A stretch of DNA of 64,000 bases. Origin: a phage. Below the pieces are notes generated by a model. The model had not been told where the DNA came from. It saw nothing but the letters and a program-made list of their open reading frames with translations, and did no database searches. Positions 48,793 to 59,969 of the stretch are shown in pieces; position 1 is the stretch's first letter, and every line of letters begins with the position of its first letter. Location of the stretch: assembly GCA_024682255.1 (NCBI GenBank), contig GCA_024682255.1_4716.1; one strand, written 5' to 3'. A program made the translations under genes and the position numbers.

Positions 48793-49398
48793 TTAACGAC
48801 CCCGTTGCTGTTGTTGAATGATGAATTCTTCGATCTTCGTACCACGGAATTCACTGTGACGAACCGCCTGCAGTTGCTCTTCAACGGTTGGGCCTGCATT
48901 GAGACCACCACGACGTGCGCGGTTGATGCCGATTTTACGACGCTGACCGATTTCACGTAAACGTGAAGATAATCCGCTCATTTCGGTTGGGTCTTTAATG
49001 CGACCGCGTGCAACGTTCCACAGACCACCCATGAACTCTTCGAGGATACGGCTGGCTTCGAGAGACGGTACGCGTGCGTTAGGATCGTTTTCGAGATTGT
49101 ATTTAACGTATTCCGTGTGTTCCAGAAGAAGCATGAACATCTTCATGGCGTTCACGTCAGGATTTGCAATACGCATAGGGACACCGCGAGAATGTTTTTC
49201 AGCAGCCTGCGGTACAGTGAGCTGTGCGGGCACCTCTTCGTTCATGGCCATATCGTCGATTTCTGCGACCCCTGAAGAGTAGACACCGCTGACTTCGTTG
49301 GTGTAGTTATCCACCATGAATTTACGGGGAATCCAGAATTCGAATTTACGTTCAAATAGACGTTTGGTTGGGGTATCTTTAACGTGTTGTAGACTCAT
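48793..49398 (-). CDS. hypothetical protein
   Basis: 201-aa ORF; start ATG overlaps upstream stop as ATGA. Confidence 0.5.
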   Translation of the reverse strand: MSLQHVKDTPTKRLFERKFEFWIPRKFMVDNYTNEVSGVYSSGVAEIDDMAMNEEVPAQLTVPQAAEKHSRGVPMRIANPDVNAMKMFMLLLEHTEYVKYNLENDPNARVPSLEASRILEEFMGGLWNVARGRIKDPTEMSGLSSRLREIGQRRKIGINRARRGGLNAGPTVEEQLQAVRHSEFRGTKIEEFIIQQQQRGR

Positions 49399-50711
49399 GG
49401 TTCAATAGCTCCTGCTCGTAACAGCATAATAACGAACGGTGTGAAATAATAACGATCTAGCGGAGAAAGCAACGGTATTGCGTCAACCATCTGTTTCAGT
49501 GCTGGATGGCTGATCGCTTTCTCATCGACCATATCACGTACCATACTCTCAATAATCGTCATTGGGGCTTGATTGCGGTAGAAAGCCTCTGTGAAAACAT
49601 AGTACGGATCGTCCGCTACCGATGGAAACAACGGAACGCCATCATACTCCATCGATGTAAGGTTGGTCACCAACGGGTTTGTCGGTGGTGTGTTTTCAGG
49701 TACAGCCAACTCTTTACCGACGTCTTCACCGAGCGACGTGGTCGCAGGCCACATACAGAACCGCGCACCACTAAAACGAATCCCACCTGCAGCTGGGTAT
49801 TGATAGAAACGCTTCGTTGACAACAGTGTGAATTTCACCGTTAGCCGTGCTTCGTCTTCCTGACGTCCGTCCATGACCCATTCAAAGACAGAAATCGCAT
49901 TCGCTTCCTGGCTGTCGTCTACGTTAAGGCGTCCGAAGTTCCATGATGGTTTTCCTTCAAGCGACGACCATAATTTCGTAAACGCGTTAACGCACCAGGG
50001 GTCGTAGGTTGCAGCATCTTGACCAGGAACAAGCAGTGTGTTTAATTCACGGCTGTAGAATTCATGGTAATACGCGTGACAAAGTCCTAGTGCACGACGG
50101 AGATAATCATACTTACGATTGTATTTCTCCGTTGCCATTACGGGATGTTTTCCGTGCTTTAACTGGTCTTGGTCGTACAGCGTATCCTCAACGATTTTCG
50201 CTTCCAGTTCGATAAGCTGTTTTTCGTCAAGAATACGCTGGAAGGAAATATCGCATTCGTAAGCCGGTGCTAAGCTGATGTTCTTCGGCGTGATTCGGGT
50301 GATCGTGTAAACCGCAATACGATGATCGAGACCGGAGATTAACAGCATGTTACCTAAAAGAGGAACCGATACCGCCGGAAGTATACATGTACCCTCTGAT
50401 TGAAAACGTGCGGTACCGTTGTCGTACGACGGCGTCAATGACGACATTAACTTGATAGGGTAATGTCTGATGCGACGGTACTGCTGTTCAGCGATGTCGC
50501 GGTTAGCCTGAAAACTGCTTTGTTCATCGTCGCGACCGAGAATCTGTTCGTAATAATCGCATTCTACGGAATAACCGGATGCGTAATTCACTAACCCGAT
50601 TTGACTATTGTATTGCTCATCCACCACCGCAGAACGATAAACATCGTCGCGAGCCTTCGCGGGTTGTTGGGGGTTGATGATGGGTTTCGCGGGCTTCTTA
50701 GCGAGCGCCAT
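49395..50711 (-). CDS. hypothetical virion-type protein
   Basis: 438-aa ORF with AGGAGTG RBS. Confidence 0.55.
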   Translation of the reverse strand: MALAKKPAKPIINPQQPAKARDDVYRSAVVDEQYNSQIGLVNYASGYSVECDYYEQILGRDDEQSSFQANRDIAEQQYRRIRHYPIKLMSSLTPSYDNGTARFQSEGTCILPAVSVPLLGNMLLISGLDHRIAVYTITRITPKNISLAPAYECDISFQRILDEKQLIELEAKIVEDTLYDQDQLKHGKHPVMATEKYNRKYDYLRRALGLCHAYYHEFYSRELNTLLVPGQDAATYDPWCVNAFTKLWSSLEGKPSWNFGRLNVDDSQEANAISVFEWVMDGRQEDEARLTVKFTLLSTKRFYQYPAAGGIRFSGARFCMWPATTSLGEDVGKELAVPENTPPTNPLVTNLTSMEYDGVPLFPSVADDPYYVFTEAFYRNQAPMTIIESMVRDMVDEKAISHPALKQMVDAIPLLSPLDRYYFTPFVIMLLRAGAIEP

Positions 50712-52263
50712 AGCGTTTCACTCCTACGATGGTACCGACAAGAATTCTCGGTACGAATAAACTACGATGTTTGAACCATGAAGCGGTTGTTGGGATACGT
50801 TTGATGGCTTCGATAAGCCCGATTAGCGTATAGCACCCCCGACTGTTCTTCTTAGGCCAGTACTTTTTATCTAAACCTAATACCGCAAACAGTTCATCCA
50901 CCAGATTGGGATAACAACACAACGCTTCAAGTGTTTCAACCTGTAACTGACTTAAATCTAACAGTATTGCTAGACGAACGTGGTAATCACTCCGTAAGTC
51001 TAACGGATCTTTCGCTTCAAGATCACCAACGTCGGTTAATGCCCACGCGTCTCTTGCGTAGCGGTATTTACCCTTCCAAACCTCAAGGAAAAAAGGAGAC
51101 TGGTAGTGGCATTTTGACCATTCAGGGTACTCACGGAACCACCGAACAAGATCGGGATGGAATTCACCTTCTTCAGCTAACGAGTCCAACGTCACCAACA
51201 GGTTAGGTTGTTCAGGATCGATAGCAAGCAGCGCGGTGAAAAGCGTGCTTGATGGAAGTTCGGTTTCCATGCTCGATGGAGGCAACCATTCATCCAAATC
51301 GGGATACCGATACGCTTGAAGCGATGCACCTTGTTCCGGCAAGAACGAATCACGAAGAATGTCCTGATACTGCACCACCATACCACCACGACGTGCACGG
51401 GATTTATCGCGCACCGAGAGGCTTGGTTTGTAAAGGTACTCTTCGGGGAGTATCTGTTGATGTACTTGAACAGGATACCGTGCTACGATGTGTGTTGGTG
51501 TGTCGTACGTGTAACGGTAAGAGAAGGTTGCGTTGTACGAAGAACTGTTCTCATTCTTCTCGGGTTTTGGTGCGTCGGTGAAATCAAATTGACCAGAGAT
51601 CTCTTCTTGCATTTCCCTGATAACCAATTTAACGCTCTTACCGTCACCGGCAACTGTCGTCATGGTGGTTGCACGGTTGTCGAACCCGTCTCTAAGGTAT
51701 TCGCTGAACTTATCCCCGTAACCCGCTAATGCTTCTCGGTGTGTGTGAATAACTTTTAACAGCATGAGAAACTGTGTTGGGATCGCATAGCTGTATTCAG
51801 CGCTAAGAAAGGCAGCGACGTGCTGGCTTGTCAGCAAACGTTTCATGTCGTACCACCAACGTTCGGCAGTGACCTGATCTTCGAACCGTTTGGTGATCTG
51901 CATGGTTGCAACCATCGTACTGTAAACAGGTACCAGCGATACGCCAAGGTTACGGTCTTCGAATACGGGAAGACTGTTTCGTTTGTAAACAGTATCGTAC
52001 ATAGACGCCTGTTCTTCAGGGACAATGTTAAGTTCAATTTGGATAAACCCGTCAGCAGGCCCTTTTACATCCTGATCAACAACTTGCGGCGGTTGCTCGT
52101 TCGCAGCGCTCATTTTAGCGTGAAGCGCTTCCCCTCGAAAAAGAATGTTCTCCCGACTATAATCCCACCCGCAAAGCTCGCTGATCTGCCGTAACACCGC
52201 GATTGCAACCGGACGTGTTACCGTCGCGTATACGTCATTGATTTTTCGATCAAGTTTAGGCAT
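50698..52263 (-). CDS. hypothetical virion-type protein
   Basis: Start re-assigned to ATG (MPKLDRK) with GAGGAC RBS; ORF track began at GTG 52290. Confidence 0.55.
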   Translation of the reverse strand: MPKLDRKINDVYATVTRPVAIAVLRQISELCGWDYSRENILFRGEALHAKMSAANEQPPQVVDQDVKGPADGFIQIELNIVPEEQASMYDTVYKRNSLPVFEDRNLGVSLVPVYSTMVATMQITKRFEDQVTAERWWYDMKRLLTSQHVAAFLSAEYSYAIPTQFLMLLKVIHTHREALAGYGDKFSEYLRDGFDNRATTMTTVAGDGKSVKLVIREMQEEISGQFDFTDAPKPEKNENSSSYNATFSYRYTYDTPTHIVARYPVQVHQQILPEEYLYKPSLSVRDKSRARRGGMVVQYQDILRDSFLPEQGASLQAYRYPDLDEWLPPSSMETELPSSTLFTALLAIDPEQPNLLVTLDSLAEEGEFHPDLVRWFREYPEWSKCHYQSPFFLEVWKGKYRYARDAWALTDVGDLEAKDPLDLRSDYHVRLAILLDLSQLQVETLEALCCYPNLVDELFAVLGLDKKYWPKKNSRGCYTLIGLIEAIKRIPTTASWFKHRSLFVPRILVGTIVGVKRYGAR

Positions 52264-52639
52264 CGGTGTCGTCCTCGCTAATTTCCTCACCTCCTTGTTG
52301 TCGATATCCGGTATAATGAATCAGACTGCTCTGTAGAAGCTCTTTAACGAGCCCTAGACGCGTTTTATCTGTTTCATTGGACGTTTCCATTAATGTTTCT
52401 ATTTCGTTGTTTAAAACAGCGTATAGCGCTTCTAACGGCAATCCTTGGATGATTGGTTTGTTGGTACCTTCCGGTAGTGCCGCAACAGGAATCTGCACGA
52501 CGGTTTCATGTGCGGTATGTGGGTTGATACGGCAAATATACATACCGGGTACTGAATGTCGCGGGCACGCCGCTACCAAGCATGTCTGTTGCTGCGCACC
52601 GTTAAGTGCGAGTGAAAGAAATTTTGCTTCACGTGTCAT
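52256..52639 (-). CDS. hypothetical protein
   Basis: 127-aa ORF with CAGGAA RBS. Confidence 0.45.
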   Translation of the reverse strand: MTREAKFLSLALNGAQQQTCLVAACPRHSVPGMYICRINPHTAHETVVQIPVAALPEGTNKPIIQGLPLEALYAVLNNEIETLMETSNETDKTRLGLVKELLQSSLIHYTGYRQQGGEEISEDDTDA

Positions 52640-52691
52640 CGCAGATTCCTGTTTGAAAGATAAGATATCACATGATGGTCGACAGCATAAA

Positions 52692-52711
52692 GCCCACCCC
52701 GAAGGGCGGGC
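52692..52711 (-). terminator. GC-rich hairpin downstream of 52728..56114
   Basis: GCCCACCCCGAAGGGCGGGC; on minus strand followed by TTTATGCTGTC. Confidence 0.45.
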
Positions 52712-52727
52712 TGTTTATGCTTACGGA

Positions 52728-55700
52728 TTACTTGTAGGCACCGCAATGGGCTTTGATGAGGAAAAGCACTGCTTGCATCGGTTTATTGAACTGTTGCCAT
52801 AACGTCAATGCAGGATGGAACAACCAATCTTCCAGGCCGAGAACAATACCGTAGTTAACGACATTATTAACGTCGTTCTCAATGTTGAGTTCGCTGTCCA
52901 GGAATTTATCGATTGAACGCAGGGTCTGCATGGCATTGTCAGCAATAAGCCAAGCTTCATGCGCTTCACGAGCCGCACGCAGCACTGCTTCCAGTTCGCT
53001 GATAGTAGCTACCGGTAATTCCTCACTGGTAAGGTCGTCAGAAACCGTAAACTGGCGATTGATACCGGTGTAGATCCACTGCATCAGTTTCGCTGCTTCC
53101 TCGTTCGGGTTGTTACGCGTTGTCGCATAAGTCGCGCTCACCTTCACGATGTGCGTTTCACCAAGATACGCTTTGGAACCAACGCCTTTACGATCGCTGT
53201 TTTTCCACGGTTGTACGGTAGCGACCATGAGCTTATCCCATTTCTGAATAGGAATACGCTTCAGACCAACAACCGATCCAGCGGATGTTTCGGACTGGTT
53301 GCTCTTCCGCACTTCGCTGAGTTCACGATCGATAGCAACGATTAATTCGCGTGTCATGTTACCAAGCATTTTGATTTCACCCAACGCAGCGATGAGCTTC
53401 TTCACGTCGGTAACAGGTTCACCACCGATGGTAAGATGACGGATGAAACGTTTCAGAATAATCCGTTCTGCTGCTGGGTTACCACGACGCGCTTTAGCCA
53501 ATGCTTGCTGCGTTTCGGCGAACAGCTTATCCCATGGAGCCGTAGCAGCAGTATAGTAACGATGATTGGTTTCGATCCAATTACCGATACGGTTGACCGC
53601 ACTCTTAACGGTATCCATGAATCCTTCCATCGCAATTTCGGTAGCTTCGACGTTACCCTGGAAGTTATCAGGACCGATCTCACGTGCCGCTACCAGAATA
53701 CCTTCCACAGCACTCACCGCATGGCGACCGATAGCCAGATTTCGCTGTGCTTCTTCAGCACGCTCAACGAATTCCACCACCGCAGGATCATCAACGATTT
53801 CCGCCTCAGCAACAACACGTGTACCGGCATCGCCTTCCAGCGTCTCGATCGTTACAACAGGATCGTTTTCACCAGCAACATCCTGGTACTCTTCCTGTTT
53901 AAGATCACCGTTATCTGCCGCAGCGATAGCGTTCATTATGCGGATGGTGACCTCACCAAGTTCTTGCGAAACGAATCCATAAACGGTGCAAGCAGTCGTT
54001 GCGAAGTTCATCAATGTGCGCGTACGCTGCGTGATGTAACGTGCGCCGGATTCGTTTTCCAGTTTATCGAGATCCCGGATTAACTGCTCGGCTGTTTCTT
54101 GAAGCTGTGTTACCGCCTTCAAGAGATCTTCGTCGAACAGTTTCTTCGATGCATCAACTAACATATCAGCATTGACGTTGGATGGTACCGTATCGCCTTG
54201 CTGTTTCATCTCGCTCAGCTCATCGCGGAACTTACGGATACCTTCTAAAGCGTCGTCAACGGAATATCCGAATGCCTTAACGCCCGCCATTCCGAGAGCT
54301 GCTTTCATATCGCCAGGATGTTGAACTTGCTCGCCTTCCTTGCTGTTCTTTAACTCATCGAAATATTGACGTGATGCGTCCGCAATACGCTTGCTGTCTT
54401 TTACTGCGTTAACGATCTTATCAACCGATTTCGAATCGTTTGCAAGTAACGTGTCAAGCTTGTTCCATGCAACATCAACTTTCTTCCCGTTGTTAGCCTC
54501 GCCCGGCGGTGGAAGCAGCTTCATCACTGGTGTTGTGCGTTGTTCTTTGGTGAGCTTACCAGCTTTCTCTTCGATTTTCTTTTTATTAACACCGAAAAGT
54601 TTTCTTAGGCGCGCCACGATGGCTTTTAAGAACTTCACAACCGCTTCGTAAACCGATTTCAGGATCTGTTTAAAGCGACCGGGTTTCTTGTCACCGTCTT
54701 CCAGATTAAGATCGCTGTTCAGTGCGACATCAAGCTGTTTGTACGATTCCATGATGTATTCGTCTTTGATTTCAGGACGAATCTCGAAGCTTTCCATCGG
54801 ACCTTCAGCCGGACGGAATTCCATTTTCAGTTCGCCTTGCAGGGTAGGGTCGACAATGGCGATCGCTTCACCCTGACCATCAGCGTTAAAGCGTTCAGCG
54901 TAACGAGTACGGCGAACAATAACACTCTTATCCCCATCAAGACGACGTACCACCATGGTACCAGGAATGTATGGTTGTTCTGTTTCAATGACGGTTACAT
55001 CTGCTTCACCTTCGCCGAGAATAACAGATGCACGCTGTTCAACAACAGGAACATCTAATACACCACGGGCTTCCAGCTCTTGATGAATTTCGAACGACTC
55101 TTGTTTCAGATCTTCATCTTCTTCGTTTTCGTCGTCTTCATCATCGTCACCTTTGGTGTTTTCATCACCTTTGGTGGCTGTGGTGTCGGTAGCATCAGCA
55201 TCAGCGTCGGTGTTGGTAGCGTCTTCGGTCGCAGGTTCGGTGGTGTTGTCCTCCGTGGACGACCCGTCAGTGTTATCGACGTCAACATCACCTTGCAGTT
55301 CTGTTTCCTGAGCAACTGCTTCGGCTTTCTGCTCGCCGGTATTACCGTCATTAGCGTCGACAACAGGTTGTTCGTCAGCGACGGTATCTTCAACCTTTTC
55401 TACTTTCTCCACGACACGTTTAATCACGGTGACTTTGATGGGTTCTTCCGTTGTTTTGGTTTCTGGCGTCACCTCGGCTGCCGCAGCCGCTGTTTCAGCA
55501 ACAGGTTCTGCTTTTTCCGGTTCGACGACATTACCTTTAACGCCTTCGGTGGTTTCTGCAGGTTGCGCTGCCTGTTCGATTTGTGCCGGATTGGTTGGAT
55601 CGATGGCGTTAGCTGCATCCTGAATCTTGTTCTTCAGGTTGTCGCGGTCGGCGTTAACGGTCGGGTCATTGGTCACTTTCGGTGCCGGTGTTTCGGTCGG

Positions 55701-56114
55701 TGCGTTTGCCGGATACGGGTTCTTCGGCTCTTCGCCAGGTGCGGTCGGTACCGCGATCAGAACGAACGGTTGAACATCGTTACCGTCTTCCATGGTCACG
55801 CCGCCGTTGCTCGGTGTGAAACGAATTCGCAAGCTACCATCAATAGGACGGGTCACAATAACAGCACGTACGACATCTTCACCGTTTTCATCCGTGCTAC
55901 GAATCACACGAACAGCGTCATCAACAGTAGCCCCTTCCTCGAGCGTATCTGATTCGATCGTCGCTTCGATGCTGTCTGGCCGTGCCGCTGTAGGTAATGC
56001 GATCACTTGCTCTTCTTTATCAGTAGAAAGCGTTGCTTTGACTTCGATAGGTGTATCGCCGCTTTCCAGGTTAAGATGCGACTTACGCATCAGATCAGCT
56101 AACGATTTTTTCAT
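52728..56114 (-). CDS. very large virion-type protein with extended acidic low-complexity region (candidate internal head or ejection protein)
   Basis: 1128 aa with AAGAGGA RBS; residues ~130-330 are E/T/D/A/P-rich (e.g. TEDNTTEPATEDATNTDADADATDTTATKGDENTKGDDDEDDENEEDEDLKQ). Confidence 0.6.
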   Translation of the reverse strand: MKKSLADLMRKSHLNLESGDTPIEVKATLSTDKEEQVIALPTAARPDSIEATIESDTLEEGATVDDAVRVIRSTDENGEDVVRAVIVTRPIDGSLRIRFTPSNGGVTMEDGNDVQPFVLIAVPTAPGEEPKNPYPANAPTETPAPKVTNDPTVNADRDNLKNKIQDAANAIDPTNPAQIEQAAQPAETTEGVKGNVVEPEKAEPVAETAAAAAEVTPETKTTEEPIKVTVIKRVVEKVEKVEDTVADEQPVVDANDGNTGEQKAEAVAQETELQGDVDVDNTDGSSTEDNTTEPATEDATNTDADADATDTTATKGDENTKGDDDEDDENEEDEDLKQESFEIHQELEARGVLDVPVVEQRASVILGEGEADVTVIETEQPYIPGTMVVRRLDGDKSVIVRRTRYAERFNADGQGEAIAIVDPTLQGELKMEFRPAEGPMESFEIRPEIKDEYIMESYKQLDVALNSDLNLEDGDKKPGRFKQILKSVYEAVVKFLKAIVARLRKLFGVNKKKIEEKAGKLTKEQRTTPVMKLLPPPGEANNGKKVDVAWNKLDTLLANDSKSVDKIVNAVKDSKRIADASRQYFDELKNSKEGEQVQHPGDMKAALGMAGVKAFGYSVDDALEGIRKFRDELSEMKQQGDTVPSNVNADMLVDASKKLFDEDLLKAVTQLQETAEQLIRDLDKLENESGARYITQRTRTLMNFATTACTVYGFVSQELGEVTIRIMNAIAAADNGDLKQEEYQDVAGENDPVVTIETLEGDAGTRVVAEAEIVDDPAVVEFVERAEEAQRNLAIGRHAVSAVEGILVAAREIGPDNFQGNVEATEIAMEGFMDTVKSAVNRIGNWIETNHRYYTAATAPWDKLFAETQQALAKARRGNPAAERIILKRFIRHLTIGGEPVTDVKKLIAALGEIKMLGNMTRELIVAIDRELSEVRKSNQSETSAGSVVGLKRIPIQKWDKLMVATVQPWKNSDRKGVGSKAYLGETHIVKVSATYATTRNNPNEEAAKLMQWIYTGINRQFTVSDDLTSEELPVATISELEAVLRAAREAHEAWLIADNAMQTLRSIDKFLDSELNIENDVNNVVNYGIVLGLEDWLFHPALTLWQQFNKPMQAVLFLIKAHCGAYK

Positions 56115-56129
56115 AAAGCGTTATTCCTC

Positions 56130-57236
56130 TTAAAAGTAATATTTCAGCGCCTCGCGAGAGACATCAAGCATAGCCGCCGTTGAATTCGTAAAGAACTCGG
56201 CATAGCCCACAAGCGGCACCTTGATCCACGCGGTATACGCTGTAAGGTATCGAGAAAGGGCTACCATAGCATCATCAGAAGCAGTAGTAACTGACAACTG
56301 ACCTTGTTGACGATAAACGTCGTTAAGTTTTGCTTGTAGATTCCCTGCGATTTCGAGTAACTCGTTGGCGTACTTTTTACGATGGTAACTAACCAGCAAA
56401 TCAACACCCGTATTTACAGACTCGAGTAGCACACCAACTTGTTCTAATGTTGGCATTGTAACCACCATATCCCGTTCAACGGACGGTACATCCTGGACTT
56501 CAAACCGTGCGGATTGAATAGCAAGGGATTGTTGAATTGGACCAGAACCTGAGGCGGTAACCTGATCGAGTCGCAGCACACGGTTGCCCAGTAACGTTAC
56601 GTTGACGAGTCTCGATTCGTTCAGCGTACTGTAGACTTTATGCAATAACGTGTACGCATCACGGTTAATCACATCGATTAATGCGGTATCCGTCTGTTTT
56701 AAGATAATGTCGAGCGCTCTATCTAACGTATTAGCGAACTGCTTGAAATCATCACGGAATGACGAAGACAAGAGATATTCAGCGATTGCTAAATTCTGCT
56801 TGTATAACGTATTCCCGGTCGTGAAATCGAACCCAAAACTGTTTCCATACCGTAGGTGCGGAGCCAGCGTTGACGAAGCTTCGAAGCTTTGCGCGATGGG
56901 TTTACGACCAACGGCTTTTGTGTAATGACGACGGATGTTACTGAGTTCAAGTTGTAGTGCGCGACTACGATCGATAAACCGTGCGATAAACGCGGTGATG
57001 TTTCGCAACGTTGTCCAGATTGCATCGATGATAGCTTTGATGATTTTCATCGCAAGCTGATCGTACGATTCCATTGTGAGGAGATCAGCACTTTCTGTGG
57101 TATAACCGGTCGTCGGAATACCGCCTGCTTGCTGATAAATAAGCTGGTGAATTTGTCGTTGCGTTGCTGTCTCTGGCACAGGTAATGTTTTTAACAAGCT
57201 TAACGCTTGAATCTGTCCATCATAGGTCTGCAGCAT
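56130..57236 (-). CDS. member 1 of tandem paralog array (inner-body/internal head protein-like)
   Basis: Start re-assigned to ATG (MLQTYDG) with GAGGAAACC RBS; segment AMKIIKAIIDAIWTTLRNITAFIARF aligns with the other four members. Confidence 0.5.
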   Translation of the reverse strand: MLQTYDGQIQALSLLKTLPVPETATQRQIHQLIYQQAGGIPTTGYTTESADLLTMESYDQLAMKIIKAIIDAIWTTLRNITAFIARFIDRSRALQLELSNIRRHYTKAVGRKPIAQSFEASSTLAPHLRYGNSFGFDFTTGNTLYKQNLAIAEYLLSSSFRDDFKQFANTLDRALDIILKQTDTALIDVINRDAYTLLHKVYSTLNESRLVNVTLLGNRVLRLDQVTASGSGPIQQSLAIQSARFEVQDVPSVERDMVVTMPTLEQVGVLLESVNTGVDLLVSYHRKKYANELLEIAGNLQAKLNDVYRQQGQLSVTTASDDAMVALSRYLTAYTAWIKVPLVGYAEFFTNSTAAMLDVSREALKYYF

Positions 57237-58521
57237 TGCTGGTTTCCTCAAGTTCGAGATGCGCATCAAGATAATCATTAAGACCATCGATGACGTCGCA
57301 GACAGTTAACAGGAATCGGGCAAAAGCGACCGCCTGGAAGCCGACGACGTTACGCGCGATACCTACACGTTGAACGATAGCGGATGCGGCGGTATCGTTG
57401 TTGTCCATCTGTTGTAGCAAACGCTCGTAAGGTTGAATCCATTCGTCCTGGTCGGCAAGGCTTGCTTCAAGACAACGCTTAAATTCTAACTGTCGCAGCG
57501 TAGACCATAACGTACTTAATGCGTTGATGATTGCGTTGGTTCCGTCGATAACATCGTTTAACGGCAAGAAACGGAATCCGTCTTTTGCTGATTGGAAAGA
57601 TACGGCTTCCCACACAACGCTGAACTGCGTTCCTGTTGCGTCTTCGATGTTGTGTAATTTAAGATAGGAAGCACCAACAGGTACGTCAACGACCAGATCG
57701 TCTGTTCCGGTAGGCGTTAACGGCTTCTCGCATAACGCATCGTTGATGACTTCGAGGATATTCTCCCAACAGGCTTCGTTTTCTGCAGCGATACCTTCTT
57801 TGTTATCCGCTGATGGTGCTTTTAGTAGCTGCATTAATAACGGATCAAGTTGACGATGCCATGCTGCGAGGATTCCTGTGTTCGTTACGATGTTTTCTGC
57901 GGTTTGTCGTAAATCAGCAATACTGCTTACCGCACCGCCTTTCGGATGAAGATACCGCCAGTTATAAGGAAAGTTCTCCCAGAATGCGTTATCTTCATTA
58001 ACGTCGTATTCGGAAATATTTTTCAACGCAGTCGCTTTCTTTAATAACGGCTTCACCTGACGAACGAATCGACGATAACAACGATTGCAGATATCGATCG
58101 CGTAGCGGTACAATTCGTTCATGTAAAGCCATAACGCTCGGGTTGCTTCTTTTGCGGTCTTGTCAAAACTTTCCATGTTCAGGCTCATTCCGCTGGAAGT
58201 TTCCTCTTCCAGACCCTCGATGATGTGGTTTGGGTCCATTCCCATTCCAGCTGCTGCGGTCGATGCGATATGTTTGATGGTGCTGATATCGCGTTCTTCA
58301 ACTTCAGCCATGTTTGGGACAATATCCAGCCTGAGTTTATTTAATGTTTGAAGGTGTTGTTCACCTTCTTTCATCACCGTGTTTGTTTCGTCGATTGAGT
58401 GAAACTGATTCTCAATATTACCGGCATCGAGAATATTGCCAGCGATACCGAACGATTCTACAGGTTCATCATCAATCCCTTGAAACAACGATGTCATGGG
58501 TTGTTGTAACACGTTTTCCAT
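57220..58521 (-). CDS. member 2 of tandem paralog array
   Basis: 433 aa with AGGAG RBS; ISTIKHIASTAAAGMGM...TAKEATRALWLYMNELYRYAID shared with members 3 and 4. Confidence 0.6.
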   Translation of the reverse strand: MENVLQQPMTSLFQGIDDEPVESFGIAGNILDAGNIENQFHSIDETNTVMKEGEQHLQTLNKLRLDIVPNMAEVEERDISTIKHIASTAAAGMGMDPNHIIEGLEEETSSGMSLNMESFDKTAKEATRALWLYMNELYRYAIDICNRCYRRFVRQVKPLLKKATALKNISEYDVNEDNAFWENFPYNWRYLHPKGGAVSSIADLRQTAENIVTNTGILAAWHRQLDPLLMQLLKAPSADNKEGIAAENEACWENILEVINDALCEKPLTPTGTDDLVVDVPVGASYLKLHNIEDATGTQFSVVWEAVSFQSAKDGFRFLPLNDVIDGTNAIINALSTLWSTLRQLEFKRCLEASLADQDEWIQPYERLLQQMDNNDTAASAIVQRVGIARNVVGFQAVAFARFLLTVCDVIDGLNDYLDAHLELEETSNAADL

Positions 58522-58628
58522 TTGGGACTCCTACGTAGGAAAATCTTGGCGGGTGATCATGTCCGCCATTTACCTTCTGAACCGTTGATTCAGAAGTCAA
58601 AAGATAACCGGATACCAACGCCATAAAA

Positions 58629-58660
58629 CCTTCCTCCAACCCAACAGGGAAGGAGGAAGG
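58629..58660 (-). terminator. conserved hairpin element (identical 32-mer to the copy at ~11048)
   Basis: CCTTCCTCCAACCCAACAGGGAAGGAGGAAGG flanked by GCCATAAAA and GATATGG; lies between paralog members 3 and 2. Confidence 0.55.
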
Positions 58661-58670
58661 GATATGGTGA

Positions 58671-59960
58671 TTATGCTTTTTCGGTTACAGCATCGAAATA
58701 TTTCGCTGCGGCAAATACAGCATCTGCATATTGACGGTTAGCAACACGGAGAATCTTAGCTGCTAATACCGCGCTCAATCGCGCCATTTCAGAAATGGCG
58801 CTTATATAAGGGCGAACGGTTTCACGATCTGCTTCCGGTAGATTGTCGAGCATACCGTCCCATTTAGTTTTAATTTTCATACCGTTTAGTTTAGCGGTAC
58901 GTTCGACAGTACTCGTTAAACTTTCTGTCTGGCGAAAATACGCGGGGTCAACGACACGAAACGCGTTAAGATACGAAGTCAGTGCGGCTTTCAATTCGTC
59001 GTCGTTATTGAAAATGTTCGCGTTTTCGATACTACCGGTCGCGGTTTCTTCAACTTCGATCTGAATATTCTTCACGAGCGCGCAGGCCTTAATGGTATCT
59101 TTCTCAGCCAAAAGAGCGTCAAGACCTTTAACAACATATCGTTTCCCACCGCTTTCTGGTATTTTGAGTCCTTTTAACGCAGGCTTGATGGCGTAAATAT
59201 AATCGTCCAGAATATCGGCAAGTGTCGTCAAATCGGTTAGTTTATTAACTTTCTTGTTAATGTCGTCAGTTTGGAGTAGTAAAAAAGCGGATGCTTGTGT
59301 GGATGCCGCTAACTGCTCAATATGTTTACGAACCTCCAACGCGTTAACCATTTTTGCGTTAGGGAACATGCTAATCATATTCCCGGTCGGTTTATTTAGT
59401 TGTTTGATGTGACGCTCGCCTTTATTTACAGCGGTTGCAACATCGGTAATTTTTTTATACGCTACCGCAAGGTTTTTGAAAAGCAGCTGAATCAGTTTAC
59501 ATAGCTGTTCAGCCATGTTCGCAATGATTACCCAAACTGCGTATAACGCTTGCGCAGCGCGTTCTTTAAAGCCTTCCAGCACAATAGCTTGCCCTTCCAC
59601 CAAACGATCGTCAGCTTGGAACATGTCTTCATCAGACATCCCCAGGTTAGCTGCTGACGTCGAAGCAATCTGACGGATAAGGGCGACGTCGCTCGCACGT
59701 GCTTCCGAGATCGTTGGTGCGATCATGTACGCTGTATCTTCCAGCGTTGCTGAGGTACGCACTGCAATTTCAGCCAGTTCGCTGGATTCATCGATCGTCT
59801 CGTCGGTGCGTCGAATCACCAACTCAACTTCGTCCTCTTCGATTTCCGCGTTAGGATCATTTTGCTCCGTCGGAATTGCCGCAAGAAGATCTTCGGCGCT
59901 GAGCAATGCGAGTTCGAATGCGTTTTTATTGACGTTATCGAAAAGAGAGATGCGGGCCAT
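58671..59960 (-). CDS. member 3 of tandem paralog array
   Basis: 429 aa with AAGGAAC RBS; APTISEARASDVALIRQIASTSAANLGM...EGFKERAAQALYAVWVII closely parallels member 4. Confidence 0.6.
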   Translation of the reverse strand: MARISLFDNVNKNAFELALLSAEDLLAAIPTEQNDPNAEIEEDEVELVIRRTDETIDESSELAEIAVRTSATLEDTAYMIAPTISEARASDVALIRQIASTSAANLGMSDEDMFQADDRLVEGQAIVLEGFKERAAQALYAVWVIIANMAEQLCKLIQLLFKNLAVAYKKITDVATAVNKGERHIKQLNKPTGNMISMFPNAKMVNALEVRKHIEQLAASTQASAFLLLQTDDINKKVNKLTDLTTLADILDDYIYAIKPALKGLKIPESGGKRYVVKGLDALLAEKDTIKACALVKNIQIEVEETATGSIENANIFNNDDELKAALTSYLNAFRVVDPAYFRQTESLTSTVERTAKLNGMKIKTKWDGMLDNLPEADRETVRPYISAISEMARLSAVLAAKILRVANRQYADAVFAAAKYFDAVTEKA

Positions 59961-59969
59961 GTTAGTTCC

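Noticed and set aside
53436-55952. Plus-strand ORFs 53436..54083, 53566..53982, 55080..55952 and 55429..55623
   Set aside because: Antisense to the 1128-aa minus-strand gene; low-complexity translations (poly-Phe/Cys/Arg or Ser/Thr/Ala) reflect the acidic repeat region on the other strand.
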